Assembly: GCA_964519075.1 (NCBI GenBank)
Contig: CAZFJJ010000001.1
Span: 1-41,408, forward strand
From: an uncultured Lachnospiraceae bacterium
Lineage (GTDB): Bacteria > Bacillota > Clostridia > Oscillospirales > CAG-272
Reading direction: 5' to 3'
DNA length: 41,408 nucleotides
The notes under the pieces were generated by a model that was not told where the DNA came from, ran no database searches, and saw nothing but the letters and a program-made list of their open reading frames with translations. Below are positions 23,478-32,258 of the stretch, piece by piece; position 1 is the stretch's first letter, and each line of letters starts with the position of its first letter. A program made the position numbers and the translations under genes.

Positions 23478-24839
23478 ATGAACAAGAATATTTCGGACGT
23501 CAACGGTTACATCAAAGCAATGGCTGATCTGTCCTGTCAAAACAATGGGATCACCACCGAAATGTACGGACAACGCACCGTATACCGCGGTCTGCGCGAT
23601 CTGAACGGTAAGGGCGTCGTTACGGGTCTGACCGAGATATCCGACGTCTGCGCTCGTGTAAGGCTGCCTGACGGAACCGAGGTGCCCTGCGACGGTAAGC
23701 TTTGCTATCGCGGATACAACGTCCGTGACCTGGTCAGGGGTTTTATGAACGAGGGACGCTTCGGATTTGAAGAGGCAGTTTATCTGCTCCTTTTCTCCAA
23801 GCTACCCAATAAAGACGAATTAAAGCAGTTCAGAGAAGTGCTGGCAGGCTGTCGCACACTGCCAACCTCGTTCGTGCGGGATATGATCCTGAAGGCACCC
23901 GGCAAGGATATGATGAATATCCTCTCCCGCAGCGTGCTGGCGCTCTACGCATACGACGACAATCCCGACGATACCGATGTAGCCAACGTGCTTCGCCAGT
24001 CGCTGTTTCTGATCTCGGTTTTCCCGCTGTTGTCGGTCTACAGCTACCATTCCTACCGACATTATCACATGGGACAAAGCCTTTTCATTCATCGCCCGGA
24101 TCCGTCTCTGTCTACAGCCGAATGCCTTCTCAGCATTCTCCGCGAAGACGGCAAGTATACCGAGCTGGAGGCGAAGATCCTTGACCTTGCATTGGTGCTC
24201 CACGCCGAGCACGGCGGCGGTAATAATTCCACCTTTACCACTCACGTGGTCACATCCTCGGGAACCGATACCTATTCTGCTATCGCGGCGGCGCTGGGAT
24301 CTCTGAAGGGACCTCGTCACGGTGGAGCCAATATCAAGGTGGTGCGGATGTTCGACGATATGAAAGCAACCGTAAACACGAAAGACCGCGATGCCGTCAA
24401 GGACTATCTGGCAAAGCTTCTGGACAAGCAAGCATTTGATAAGGCCGGCCTCATCTACGGCTTCGGTCACGCCATCTACTCGGTCTCCGACCCCCGCTCC
24501 GACATTCTGCGCAGCTGCGCCAAGGATCTGTCTATCGAAAAGGGATGTGAGGAAGAATACGCGCTGTACGAAACGGTTGCGGAGCTTGCTCCCGAGATCA
24601 TCGGTGAGAAACGGAAGATCTACAAGGGGGTCAGCGCCAACGTAGACTTCTACTCCGGTCTAATCTACCGATTGCTGGATCTGCCCTGCGAGCTGTTCAC
24701 GCCTCTTTTCGCCATTGCCCGCATCGCCGGCTGGAGCGCACATCGCATCGAAGAGATCCAGAACAACGGAAAGATCATTCGTCCTGCCTATATCAACGTC
24801 AAAGACGAGTTCCCCTATATTGCGATGGATCAGAGATGA
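23478..24839 (+). CDS. Citrate (Si)-synthase family protein.
   Basis: 453 aa. HAEHGGGNNSTF, GPRHGGAN and GFGHAIY blocks correspond to the catalytic His/His/Asp regions of citrate synthases. AAAGGAG RBS. Confidence 0.88.
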   Translation: MNKNISDVNGYIKAMADLSCQNNGITTEMYGQRTVYRGLRDLNGKGVVTGLTEISDVCARVRLPDGTEVPCDGKLCYRGYNVRDLVRGFMNEGRFGFEEAVYLLLFSKLPNKDELKQFREVLAGCRTLPTSFVRDMILKAPGKDMMNILSRSVLALYAYDDNPDDTDVANVLRQSLFLISVFPLLSVYSYHSYRHYHMGQSLFIHRPDPSLSTAECLLSILREDGKYTELEAKILDLALVLHAEHGGGNNSTFTTHVVTSSGTDTYSAIAAALGSLKGPRHGGANIKVVRMFDDMKATVNTKDRDAVKDYLAKLLDKQAFDKAGLIYGFGHAIYSVSDPRSDILRSCAKDLSIEKGCEEEYALYETVAELAPEIIGEKRKIYKGVSANVDFYSGLIYRLLDLPCELFTPLFAIARIAGWSAHRIEEIQNNGKIIRPAYINVKDEFPYIAMDQR

Positions 24840-24847
24840 TTCCATTC

Positions 24848-24884
24848 AAAAACACCGCATTCCAAACGAATGTGGTGTTTTTTT
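24848..24884. terminator. Bidirectional terminator shared by citrate synthase and the ABC operon.
   Basis: CACCGCATTC-caaac-GAATGTGGTG flanked by an A-run and TTTTTTT. Confidence 0.8.
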
Positions 24885-24889
24885 GCGAC

Positions 24890-27097
24890 TCAACCCTTGG
24901 CGATGGCCGCCTCGGTCTGCGCCATGACTAACTTATAGTAGATGCCTCGCCGATCCAGCAGCTCCTTGTGAGTGCCGAACTCGGCAACCTTGCCGCGATC
25001 CAGCACCAGAAGCTTATCAGCTCCCCGCAGAGTAGAGAGTCTGTGAGCGATGGCGATGGTGGTACGGTTCTCGGTCAGATTGGAGAGCGCATCCTGGATC
25101 TGTTTTTCGGTCTCGGTGTCCAGCGAAGCGGTGGCCTCGTCCAGGATTAGAATGGCGGGATCGTGGATCAGCGCGCGGGCGATGGCAACTCTCTGCCGTT
25201 CGCCGCCTGAAAGGGAATAGCCCTTCTCGCCCACGATGGTGTTGTAGCCCTGGGGGAGTGCCATAATGAAGTCGTGGGCGTTGGCCATCTTAGCCGCGCG
25301 GATGATCTCCGCGTTGGTAGCGTCGGGCTTGGAGTAGCGGATATTATCCCGCACCGAGCCCGAGAAGAGCAGCGTCTCCTGCAGTACCACGCCGATCTGG
25401 GAGCGCAGCGTGTTTTGGGACACGTCCTTGATGTCCACGCCGTCGATGAGGATCTGCCCCTGACCGGTCTCGTACAGGCGCATGATCAGATTGATCAGCG
25501 TAGTCTTGCCCGAGCCGGAGTGACCGACGATGCCCAGCATCTCGCCCTGCTTGACCTCCACGTTGATGTGCTCCAGCACGGGATTGTAGCTGTCGTAGCC
25601 GAAGGTCACGTCGCGCACCGAGATATTGCCGCTGAGCTTCACGTCAAGGGGCACTTCGGTGTCCCTGATTTCGGGCTCTTCCTCCAGCACCTCGATGATC
25701 TTGGAAAGAGAGGTCATAAACTCGGTAATGTTTCGGGGAATATGATTGATCTGCATCAGCGGCTCGTACAGGATGCCTGCGTAGCTGTTGAACTGGTTCA
25801 GCGCACCCACCGTCATCGCGCCGCCGAACAGAAGATAGTTTCCGTAGCAGAGGATCAGGTAGTTACCCAGCCGCAGCACGAAGCCGATGATGGGGAAAAA
25901 GGTGTCGAAGATCTTGTCGGATCGCTCGTCCAGCGTCGCTTGTTGGTCCACCTTTTCGGAGAATTGACGGATCGCGTGCTCCTCGTTGCCGTAGTTTTTG
26001 ATGACGCGGATGCCGTTCAGGCTGTCGTGCAGATGCTCGTTGACCCTCCGTCTCAGCGTCCAGCGGCGGCGCCAGCGTTGCCGCATATACTTCCAGAATT
26101 TCAGGATCGCAAAGACCGCGATGGGTAGCGGAATGAACACGAACAGACACATCAGCGGGCTCATCCAGATCAGGATCGAAAGGGCAAAGACGAAAGAGAA
26201 GATCTGCGAAACGTAGCCCGGGAGCAGATTGGTGATAAAGTTTTGCACCGTGTTGACGTCCTCGTTGATGCGTCCCATCATGTCGCCGGTGGTCTTTTTG
26301 CTGATAGACGACATAGACAGCGAGTGGAGCTTTTCAAAGAGCCTCTCTCTGAGCTGCAGGGTAAATCGGTTGCCCGAGATGGCAGAGATGCGTCCCTGCA
26401 GAACGCCCATGGCGCGCTGGAAGATGTCCAGAGTTACGATGGCGGCGATGACCACCAAAAATCCGGTCATCGTGCCCCGCTCCACCCCCTCTTCGGGGTA
26501 GATGAAGTCGTTGATGGCGATGCGCTGGATGGCGGGCAGTACGAAGCGCAGAACCAGTCCAACCAGCGTGGTAATGATGGGGAAGAGCAGCATCAGCCGC
26601 ATTCCACGGGTCATATCCCACAGTTTTTTGTAAATCTCGCTCTTTTTGCGGCAATGGGGACAAAAATGGGTGCCGCGCAGATACCTTCTGCCGCAGGTGG
26701 GACAGTATTGCTCGGGCTCGTCGTTCACGGCGGCAGGCACGGCAGCATCCTTTGCCAAATCCTCACAGGCTCGGGCAACCACCGAATAGCGGGCGAGATG
26801 CTTGCCGGACACGAATCGGCAGATCAGCACGGTCTTGCCGTCCTCCTTGGCGTAGAATCCCGCGCTGCCGTACAGCTTCTCGGCGGCAAAATCCGAGAGC
26901 GAGGAGAGGGATCTGCACTCGACGACCTCATCCCCGCGACAGCGAATGATCTGCTTTCGGGTGACCACCAAAAATCCGTCGTCGATAAAGGCGTCGTCCT
27001 CCACGTCGTAGGGCAGGGAGTATAGGATCTCGTCCGTACCGATGACCCGGCGCAGAGCCGATTCCAACGAGTCGGGAAGAGTGTATTGGAGTTTCAT
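24890..27097 (-). CDS. ABC exporter half-transporter (TMD-NBD) with a ~165-aa cytosolic N-terminal extension that ends in a zinc ribbon.
   Basis: Walker A GHSGSGKTT, signature LSGGERQR and Walker B ILILDEATASLD, with six TM helices. The N-terminus carries CPTCGRRY...CPHCRKK. Confidence 0.9.
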   Translation of the reverse strand: MKLQYTLPDSLESALRRVIGTDEILYSLPYDVEDDAFIDDGFLVVTRKQIIRCRGDEVVECRSLSSLSDFAAEKLYGSAGFYAKEDGKTVLICRFVSGKHLARYSVVARACEDLAKDAAVPAAVNDEPEQYCPTCGRRYLRGTHFCPHCRKKSEIYKKLWDMTRGMRLMLLFPIITTLVGLVLRFVLPAIQRIAINDFIYPEEGVERGTMTGFLVVIAAIVTLDIFQRAMGVLQGRISAISGNRFTLQLRERLFEKLHSLSMSSISKKTTGDMMGRINEDVNTVQNFITNLLPGYVSQIFSFVFALSILIWMSPLMCLFVFIPLPIAVFAILKFWKYMRQRWRRRWTLRRRVNEHLHDSLNGIRVIKNYGNEEHAIRQFSEKVDQQATLDERSDKIFDTFFPIIGFVLRLGNYLILCYGNYLLFGGAMTVGALNQFNSYAGILYEPLMQINHIPRNITEFMTSLSKIIEVLEEEPEIRDTEVPLDVKLSGNISVRDVTFGYDSYNPVLEHINVEVKQGEMLGIVGHSGSGKTTLINLIMRLYETGQGQILIDGVDIKDVSQNTLRSQIGVVLQETLLFSGSVRDNIRYSKPDATNAEIIRAAKMANAHDFIMALPQGYNTIVGEKGYSLSGGERQRVAIARALIHDPAILILDEATASLDTETEKQIQDALSNLTENRTTIAIAHRLSTLRGADKLLVLDRGKVAEFGTHKELLDRRGIYYKLVMAQTEAAIAKG

Positions 27098-27122
27098 AGC
27101 TTATCCTTTCGCGAAGAGGCGA

Positions 27123-27683
27123 TCACAGATAGATCTCGATGATGCGATAGCTTTGCTTGTCCAGCTTGGAGGGATCGGGCAGGCAGAAGCAGTTGCCGTC
27201 GGTGTCGGTGATCAGCACCCGACCGTCCTCCAGCGTGCGGATGTTGTTGGAGGGGTTGTTCATCACGAACTGCACCCGACCGGCGCTGGTCTGGGCTTCG
27301 GTGTAATGATAGCCGTACTTTTCCTTCATAGAGTAGATCCTGGTGATCTCGGGAATGAAGTAGCGGCGGTTCAGCTCCTCGTTGAGCAATGCGACCGTGT
27401 CCTCGTCGAAGAGGGTGATGGTCTCGATCAGACCGATCTCGTCGCCGCGTCCGCCACCCTTGCCGGGCTCGCGCACCGACAGAAAGTCGTCGGGAGTGGT
27501 GATGGGAAACGCACGGATCACGGCTACCCGCTCGAAGGTTTCCTCGGTGCCGTCCTCATTTCGGAGCATGAGACTGACCAGCCCTCCCCGGGAGCGGAAG
27601 AAGGTAGCGTTTTCAGGCGTCAGCGCAACCGATTTGCGGTGATGAAACAGATCGTTGACGCTATCGTTGATTTCGGGATTCAT
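27123..27683 (-). CDS. DUF1854 domain protein (ABC-exporter-associated).
   Basis: 186 aa and soluble. It sits between two ABC half-transporter genes, as DUF1854 typically does. The LIETITLFDEDT...YFIPEITRIY region fits my memory of the family. Confidence 0.65.
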   Translation of the reverse strand: MNPEINDSVNDLFHHRKSVALTPENATFFRSRGGLVSLMLRNEDGTEETFERVAVIRAFPITTPDDFLSVREPGKGGGRGDEIGLIETITLFDEDTVALLNEELNRRYFIPEITRIYSMKEKYGYHYTEAQTSAGRVQFVMNNPSNNIRTLEDGRVLITDTDGNCFCLPDPSKLDKQSYRIIEIYL

Positions 27684-27700
27684 AGGATTCCTTTCCCGGG

Positions 27701-30022
27701 TTACTGACCCGATTTGACTCGCTCCAGCTGTTCGGTCTGGAGGGTGTAGAGGCGGTAGAAGACGCCCTGCTTTTCGATCAGCTCTTCATGAGTGCCGATC
27801 TCGGCAAGCTCGCCGTTTTCAATGGCGAGAAGATAATCGCAGTTCTTTAGGGTGGAAAGTCTGTGGGCGATGGTGATGGTGGTACGCCCCACGATCAGGC
27901 GGTCGATGGCCTCGCTGATCTGCCGCTCGGTCTCGGTGTCCATAGCGGCGGTGGCCTCGTCCAGGATCAGCAGAGAGGGGGAGAGGAGCAGCGCGCGGGC
28001 GATGGAGATCCGCTGGCGCTCGCCGCCCGAAAGGGATCGGCTACCGCCGCCCACCACGGTCTGATAGCCCTCGGGAAGTGCCATGATGAAGTCGTGGGCT
28101 CCTGCCGCGCGGGCAGCGTCGATGACCTCTGCCATAGTCGCATCGGGGCGGGCGTAGCGGATGTTCTCGGCAATGGTGCCGCGGAACAGGTAGATCTCCT
28201 GGGACACGATGGCGATATTGCGTCTGAGGTCGGCGATGCGGATCTTCTTGATGTCGGTACCGTCAATGGTAATAGAGCCGCTGACCACGTCGTACATTCG
28301 CAGGATCAGATTCGCCACGGTGGATTTGCCCGAGCCGGTGTGCCCAACGATGCCCACGTGATCGCCCGCCTTGATCTCGAAGGACATATCCTTGAGGATC
28401 GTACGGCTGGGATTATAGTGGAAGTACACCTTATCGAAAGCGATCTTCTCTCGGATGGCAGGAAGATCGACCGCGTCGGGCTCTTCTTGGATATCGGGAA
28501 CGGTGTCCAGCGTCTCAAACATACGGGACGCGGCGTTGTTGGTCTCGGTCAGCAGATTGGTGAAGGTGGAGAAGAAGTTCAGAGGCGTGAAGATCATGCC
28601 GGTGTAGCCGAGGTATGTAGTCAGCTCGCCGTAGGTCATATGACCGCCCATGACCTCGATTCCGCCAAAGCCCCAGATGGCCTGGCTGGACATACCGATC
28701 AGCAGTCCGACCACGGGAAAGGTGGTCAGCGCGATCAGATTGGTGTGCAGGTTGATGTCAGCAAGCCGCCGGGCGTACTTCTTGAACCGTCCCGCTTCCT
28801 CGTCCTCCTTGGCAAAGGCCTTGACCACTCGCACGCCGGTGAAGGAGTCGCTCATCATGGTGTTCAGCGCGGAGGAGCGCCGCCAGCTGATGGAGTGGGA
28901 ATGCCAGAGCTTGGGAAGCATCCTTCGGAAGATCAGAACGATAATAGGAACGGGTACGAACACGATCAGCGTCAGCTTCCAGTTGATGGTGAACAGGAAG
29001 ATGGAAAGCCCGATAAAGTTCAGGCTGTGAATAATCAGCTGAGGAACGCCGTTGAGGAAGAAGTTACGGATGCGCATCGCGTCGGTGTTGACGCGGCTCT
29101 GTAGCCGTCCCGTGGGATTTTGGTTGAAGTAGGAGAAGGAAAGCTTTTGCAGAGCGGAGAAGACGTCCTTCTTCATGGTGGCAACCACGCGGTGCGCCAT
29201 AGCGGCGGTGGCTCTGCTTTGCAGAATACCGATGATCAGGGAAAGGATCGCCAATCCGAAGATGATGCCTACCACGATAAAGAGGGCTTCGATGCTATGG
29301 TAACGACCCGTGATCATCTCGCCCGCCTCGTTATAGGAGGGCTTGCTGATCACCTGGTCGAACAGCAGCTGACCGCTGAGGATGGGGGAGAGCAGGGAAA
29401 TCGCAGAGGTAGCTACCAGACACGCAAGCACCGTAATAAACTGCCATTTGAAGGGCTTGAAGTATCCGAGAATACGGGGGAATGTGCCCTTTTTGGCAGT
29501 ACAGTGCTCGCAGACCTTGCGGTAGGGATTCTTATAGGGTCTGCCGCATTTCGGACATTTGGTATTGAACTGCTCGAACAGCGGATCCTCTGCGGTGATC
29601 TCCTCCCCCCGCAGAGAACGCTCCCAAATCTGAAGGAATGCTGCAAGACGGCTCTTGCAGGCGTTGGTGCATCCGCCCAAAGGGAAGGTGTGCGCGGCAC
29701 CGAGGATCGCATCCCGCGCAGCGTCGTCTGCGTCTGCGGAGACAGGCTTGTCCGTGCGGCGCGCCAATAACCGGCAGGAGGCGTCGTAATTGTCGATATA
29801 GGGGGAGTGAAGGCAGTCTATAGACCATTGCTCGATCTTCTCGGAGCCTTCGGTCACGCGATAGAGGGTTCGGTCGGGGATAGCCAGCAGCAGCCACACA
29901 CTTCCGAAGCTGCCGTCATCGGCAAGGTCCAGAGAGAGTGCGACGGTGATGGTCTCCTCAGCGATTCCCGCCTTTTGAAGCGCGGTAAGAACTGATTGAT
30001 TTGGTTGGGATAATGGTAACAT
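27701..30022 (-). CDS. ABC exporter half-transporter (TMD-NBD) with a ~190-aa N-terminal extension that ends in a zinc ribbon.
   Basis: Walker A GHTGSGKST, signature LSGGERQR and Walker B LLILDEATAAMD. The N-terminus carries CPKCGRPY...CEHC. ATG at 30022 with GGAG 6 nt upstream. Confidence 0.9.
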   Translation of the reverse strand: MLPLSQPNQSVLTALQKAGIAEETITVALSLDLADDGSFGSVWLLLAIPDRTLYRVTEGSEKIEQWSIDCLHSPYIDNYDASCRLLARRTDKPVSADADDAARDAILGAAHTFPLGGCTNACKSRLAAFLQIWERSLRGEEITAEDPLFEQFNTKCPKCGRPYKNPYRKVCEHCTAKKGTFPRILGYFKPFKWQFITVLACLVATSAISLLSPILSGQLLFDQVISKPSYNEAGEMITGRYHSIEALFIVVGIIFGLAILSLIIGILQSRATAAMAHRVVATMKKDVFSALQKLSFSYFNQNPTGRLQSRVNTDAMRIRNFFLNGVPQLIIHSLNFIGLSIFLFTINWKLTLIVFVPVPIIVLIFRRMLPKLWHSHSISWRRSSALNTMMSDSFTGVRVVKAFAKEDEEAGRFKKYARRLADINLHTNLIALTTFPVVGLLIGMSSQAIWGFGGIEVMGGHMTYGELTTYLGYTGMIFTPLNFFSTFTNLLTETNNAASRMFETLDTVPDIQEEPDAVDLPAIREKIAFDKVYFHYNPSRTILKDMSFEIKAGDHVGIVGHTGSGKSTVANLILRMYDVVSGSITIDGTDIKKIRIADLRRNIAIVSQEIYLFRGTIAENIRYARPDATMAEVIDAARAAGAHDFIMALPEGYQTVVGGGSRSLSGGERQRISIARALLLSPSLLILDEATAAMDTETERQISEAIDRLIVGRTTITIAHRLSTLKNCDYLLAIENGELAEIGTHEELIEKQGVFYRLYTLQTEQLERVKSGQ

Positions 30023-30086
30023 AAAATACTCCGATTCGGATGGAATCAAACGCAGTAAAAATGTTGAAAAACGGTGATTTCTTGTA

Positions 30087-30115
30087 TTGACATTTTACCG
30101 ATTCTGTGGTAGAAT
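30087..30115 (+). promoter_or_regulatory. Promoter of the AraC-family gene.
   Basis: TTGACA-17 nt-TAGAAT with a TGg extended -10. Confidence 0.55.
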
Positions 30116-30169
30116 GTCAATGAAAAATCTTGCGAAATTTGTGCAGAAAAATGATTTTCGGAGGACGGC

Positions 30170-30997
30170 ATGGAAGTCTATTTTGAAGCGTTTCGGGATC
30201 GGGACAGTCGGATCCATATCAGCAAATTGCGCGGCAAACAATTTGAAGCGCACTTTCATTCCAATATTGAGGTCATGTACGTGGAAAGCGGTCAACTCGA
30301 GGTCTCGATCGACGGCGATAAACGGATTCTGCCGAAAGGTTCGGTTGCGGTAGCGGAAAGCTACGTAGTCCACAGTCTGACCGCTTCCGAAGATTCCGAC
30401 ATCCGTGTCGCGATCATCCCGGTCAACCGAGTTCCCGATTTCGGGCACGCACATCGCAACCTGACCTTTGCGACGCAGTTTCTGGAGGCATCCCCTCGCA
30501 GTGAAACCATCGGAATGCTCTTTCGCTCCTTTGAAGGGTACAGACAGGACGGCAATCCGATGATCCGCATCGGCTTTGCCTATCTGCTGCTGGGAATGCT
30601 CACCGACGCGCTGGGAACGATCCCTGCCCAGCACCGCAGCAAAGACGGCGTGGCGGTCGTGGGGCAAATGCTCCGCTACATGGATGAGCATTACACCGAA
30701 CCGCTGACGCTGGAGCATCTGGCGAGCGAGCTGGGGTATCACAAAGACTATCTGTCCCGCGTCTTCAACGAGACCATTCACACGGGCTTTTGCAGGTATC
30801 TTTCCACGATGCGCCTGCGTTACGCGGTACAGCTGATCCGCACTACCGACCTGTCGCTGGAGGAGATCGCCGATCACGCGGGATTTGGAAACCCCCACAG
30901 TTTTTACGATATCTTTCGGGATACCTATCAGTGCACGCCGGGGCAGTTCCGGAAACGAATCGGCAGCCGCGTGACGGAGGCAAAGACCGAAGAATAG
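30170..30997 (+). CDS. AraC family transcriptional regulator (cupin sensor plus 2x HTH).
   Basis: N-terminal cupin-like FHSNIEVMYVESG. C-terminal LEHLASELGYHKDYLSRVF...IADHAGFGNPHSFYDIFRDTY. Confidence 0.88.
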   Translation: MEVYFEAFRDRDSRIHISKLRGKQFEAHFHSNIEVMYVESGQLEVSIDGDKRILPKGSVAVAESYVVHSLTASEDSDIRVAIIPVNRVPDFGHAHRNLTFATQFLEASPRSETIGMLFRSFEGYRQDGNPMIRIGFAYLLLGMLTDALGTIPAQHRSKDGVAVVGQMLRYMDEHYTEPLTLEHLASELGYHKDYLSRVFNETIHTGFCRYLSTMRLRYAVQLIRTTDLSLEEIADHAGFGNPHSFYDIFRDTYQCTPGQFRKRIGSRVTEAKTEE

Positions 30998-31001
30998 GCA
31001 G

Positions 31002-31031
31002 AAAATGAGGACCTTTCGGGTCCTCATTTTT
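31002..31031. terminator. Bidirectional terminator.
   Basis: AAAATGAGGACC-tttcg-GGTCCTCATTTT. Confidence 0.85.
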
Positions 31032-32217
31032 AACAGAGCCCGTATTCCTCTGCCAGCTTGCGGAAGGCAGGCAGGGACCGTCTGATCTGATCGGTGGAAA
31101 CGCAATAGGAGATGCGCACGTAACCGCCCACGCCGAAATCGTCGGAGGGCACCAGCAACAGCTCGTGCCGTTTCGCTTTCTCGTAGAACGCATACGCGTC
31201 GGGCTCGGGAGATTTCATAAACAGATAGAAGGCGCCGTCGGGGCGGATGCACTCGAAGCCGTATTCGGTCAGCGCAGACAGCAGCAGACGGCGGTTCTCG
31301 ATGTAGATCGAGAAATCCGAATGCTCGGCGGTGCATTTGGCCGCAACCGCTTGGAACAGGCTGGGTGCGCAAACGAATCCCAGCGACCGTCCCGCGCCGC
31401 AGACGGCGGCAAAGACCTCGCTCCGATCCTCCATCGTGGGGGAGAGGGCGATGTAGCCGATGCGCTCACCGGGCAGGGAGAGGGATTTGCTGTAGGAGTA
31501 GCAGACCACGGTGTTGTCGTAGTAGCAGGGGAGATAGGGAACCTCCGCGCCGCTCCAGACCAGCTCGCGGTAAGGCTCGTCCGAGATGAGATAGACGGGC
31601 GCGCCGAACTCTGCGCTCTTTTTTCGGAGCAGAGCGGTGATCTCTTCGATTACGTCGGCGCTATACACCGCGCCCGAGGGATTGTTGGGGGAGTTGAGGA
31701 TGATTGCCTTCACGTTCGGCGTCAGCTTGGCCTCCAGATCGGCAAGATCGGGGAACATCCGATTATCGGGAGCAACAGGGATAAGCTTTCCGCCTGCATT
31801 TTCGATAAAGGTGCGGTACTCGGGGAAAAATGGCACGGGAACCAGCACCTCCTCGCCGGGCAGGAGCAGCGCCTTCAGCGTGATGGTCAGCGATGCGGCG
31901 GCACCGGCGGTCATGTAGATGCAATCGGGCGTGGAGGGGACGCCGAACCGCTCTTGAATAGAAGCGGCGATAGCGGCGCGCGCCTGCATACTGCCGGGAG
32001 CGGAGGTGTAGCCGTGGAGCGCGATGGGATCGGTTTCGGCAAGCGCCGTGCGGATGGCAACTGCCACCGATTCGGGCGCTGGCACACCGGGATTACCCAG
32101 GCTGAAGTCGAACACCTTGTCGGCACCGATCACAGCCTTTCTGTGGTTGCCGTATTCGAAGATGGCGCGGATGATAGAGCCCTGTCTGCCCAGGGCAAGC
32201 ATTTCTTGTGAAATCAT
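31030..32217 (-). CDS. Class I/II PLP-dependent aminotransferase (AspC/AlaT-like).
   Basis: 395 aa from the ATG at 32217. FSLGNPGVP, NSPNNPSG and YSYSKSLSLPGERIG (PLP lysine block). Confidence 0.88.
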   Translation of the reverse strand: MISQEMLALGRQGSIIRAIFEYGNHRKAVIGADKVFDFSLGNPGVPAPESVAVAIRTALAETDPIALHGYTSAPGSMQARAAIAASIQERFGVPSTPDCIYMTAGAAASLTITLKALLLPGEEVLVPVPFFPEYRTFIENAGGKLIPVAPDNRMFPDLADLEAKLTPNVKAIILNSPNNPSGAVYSADVIEEITALLRKKSAEFGAPVYLISDEPYRELVWSGAEVPYLPCYYDNTVVCYSYSKSLSLPGERIGYIALSPTMEDRSEVFAAVCGAGRSLGFVCAPSLFQAVAAKCTAEHSDFSIYIENRRLLLSALTEYGFECIRPDGAFYLFMKSPEPDAYAFYEKAKRHELLLVPSDDFGVGGYVRISYCVSTDQIRRSLPAFRKLAEEYGLC

Positions 32218-32258
32218 AGTAACCTTTCCGACCGCTTGCGGTCCTATTGAAGCGAAGG

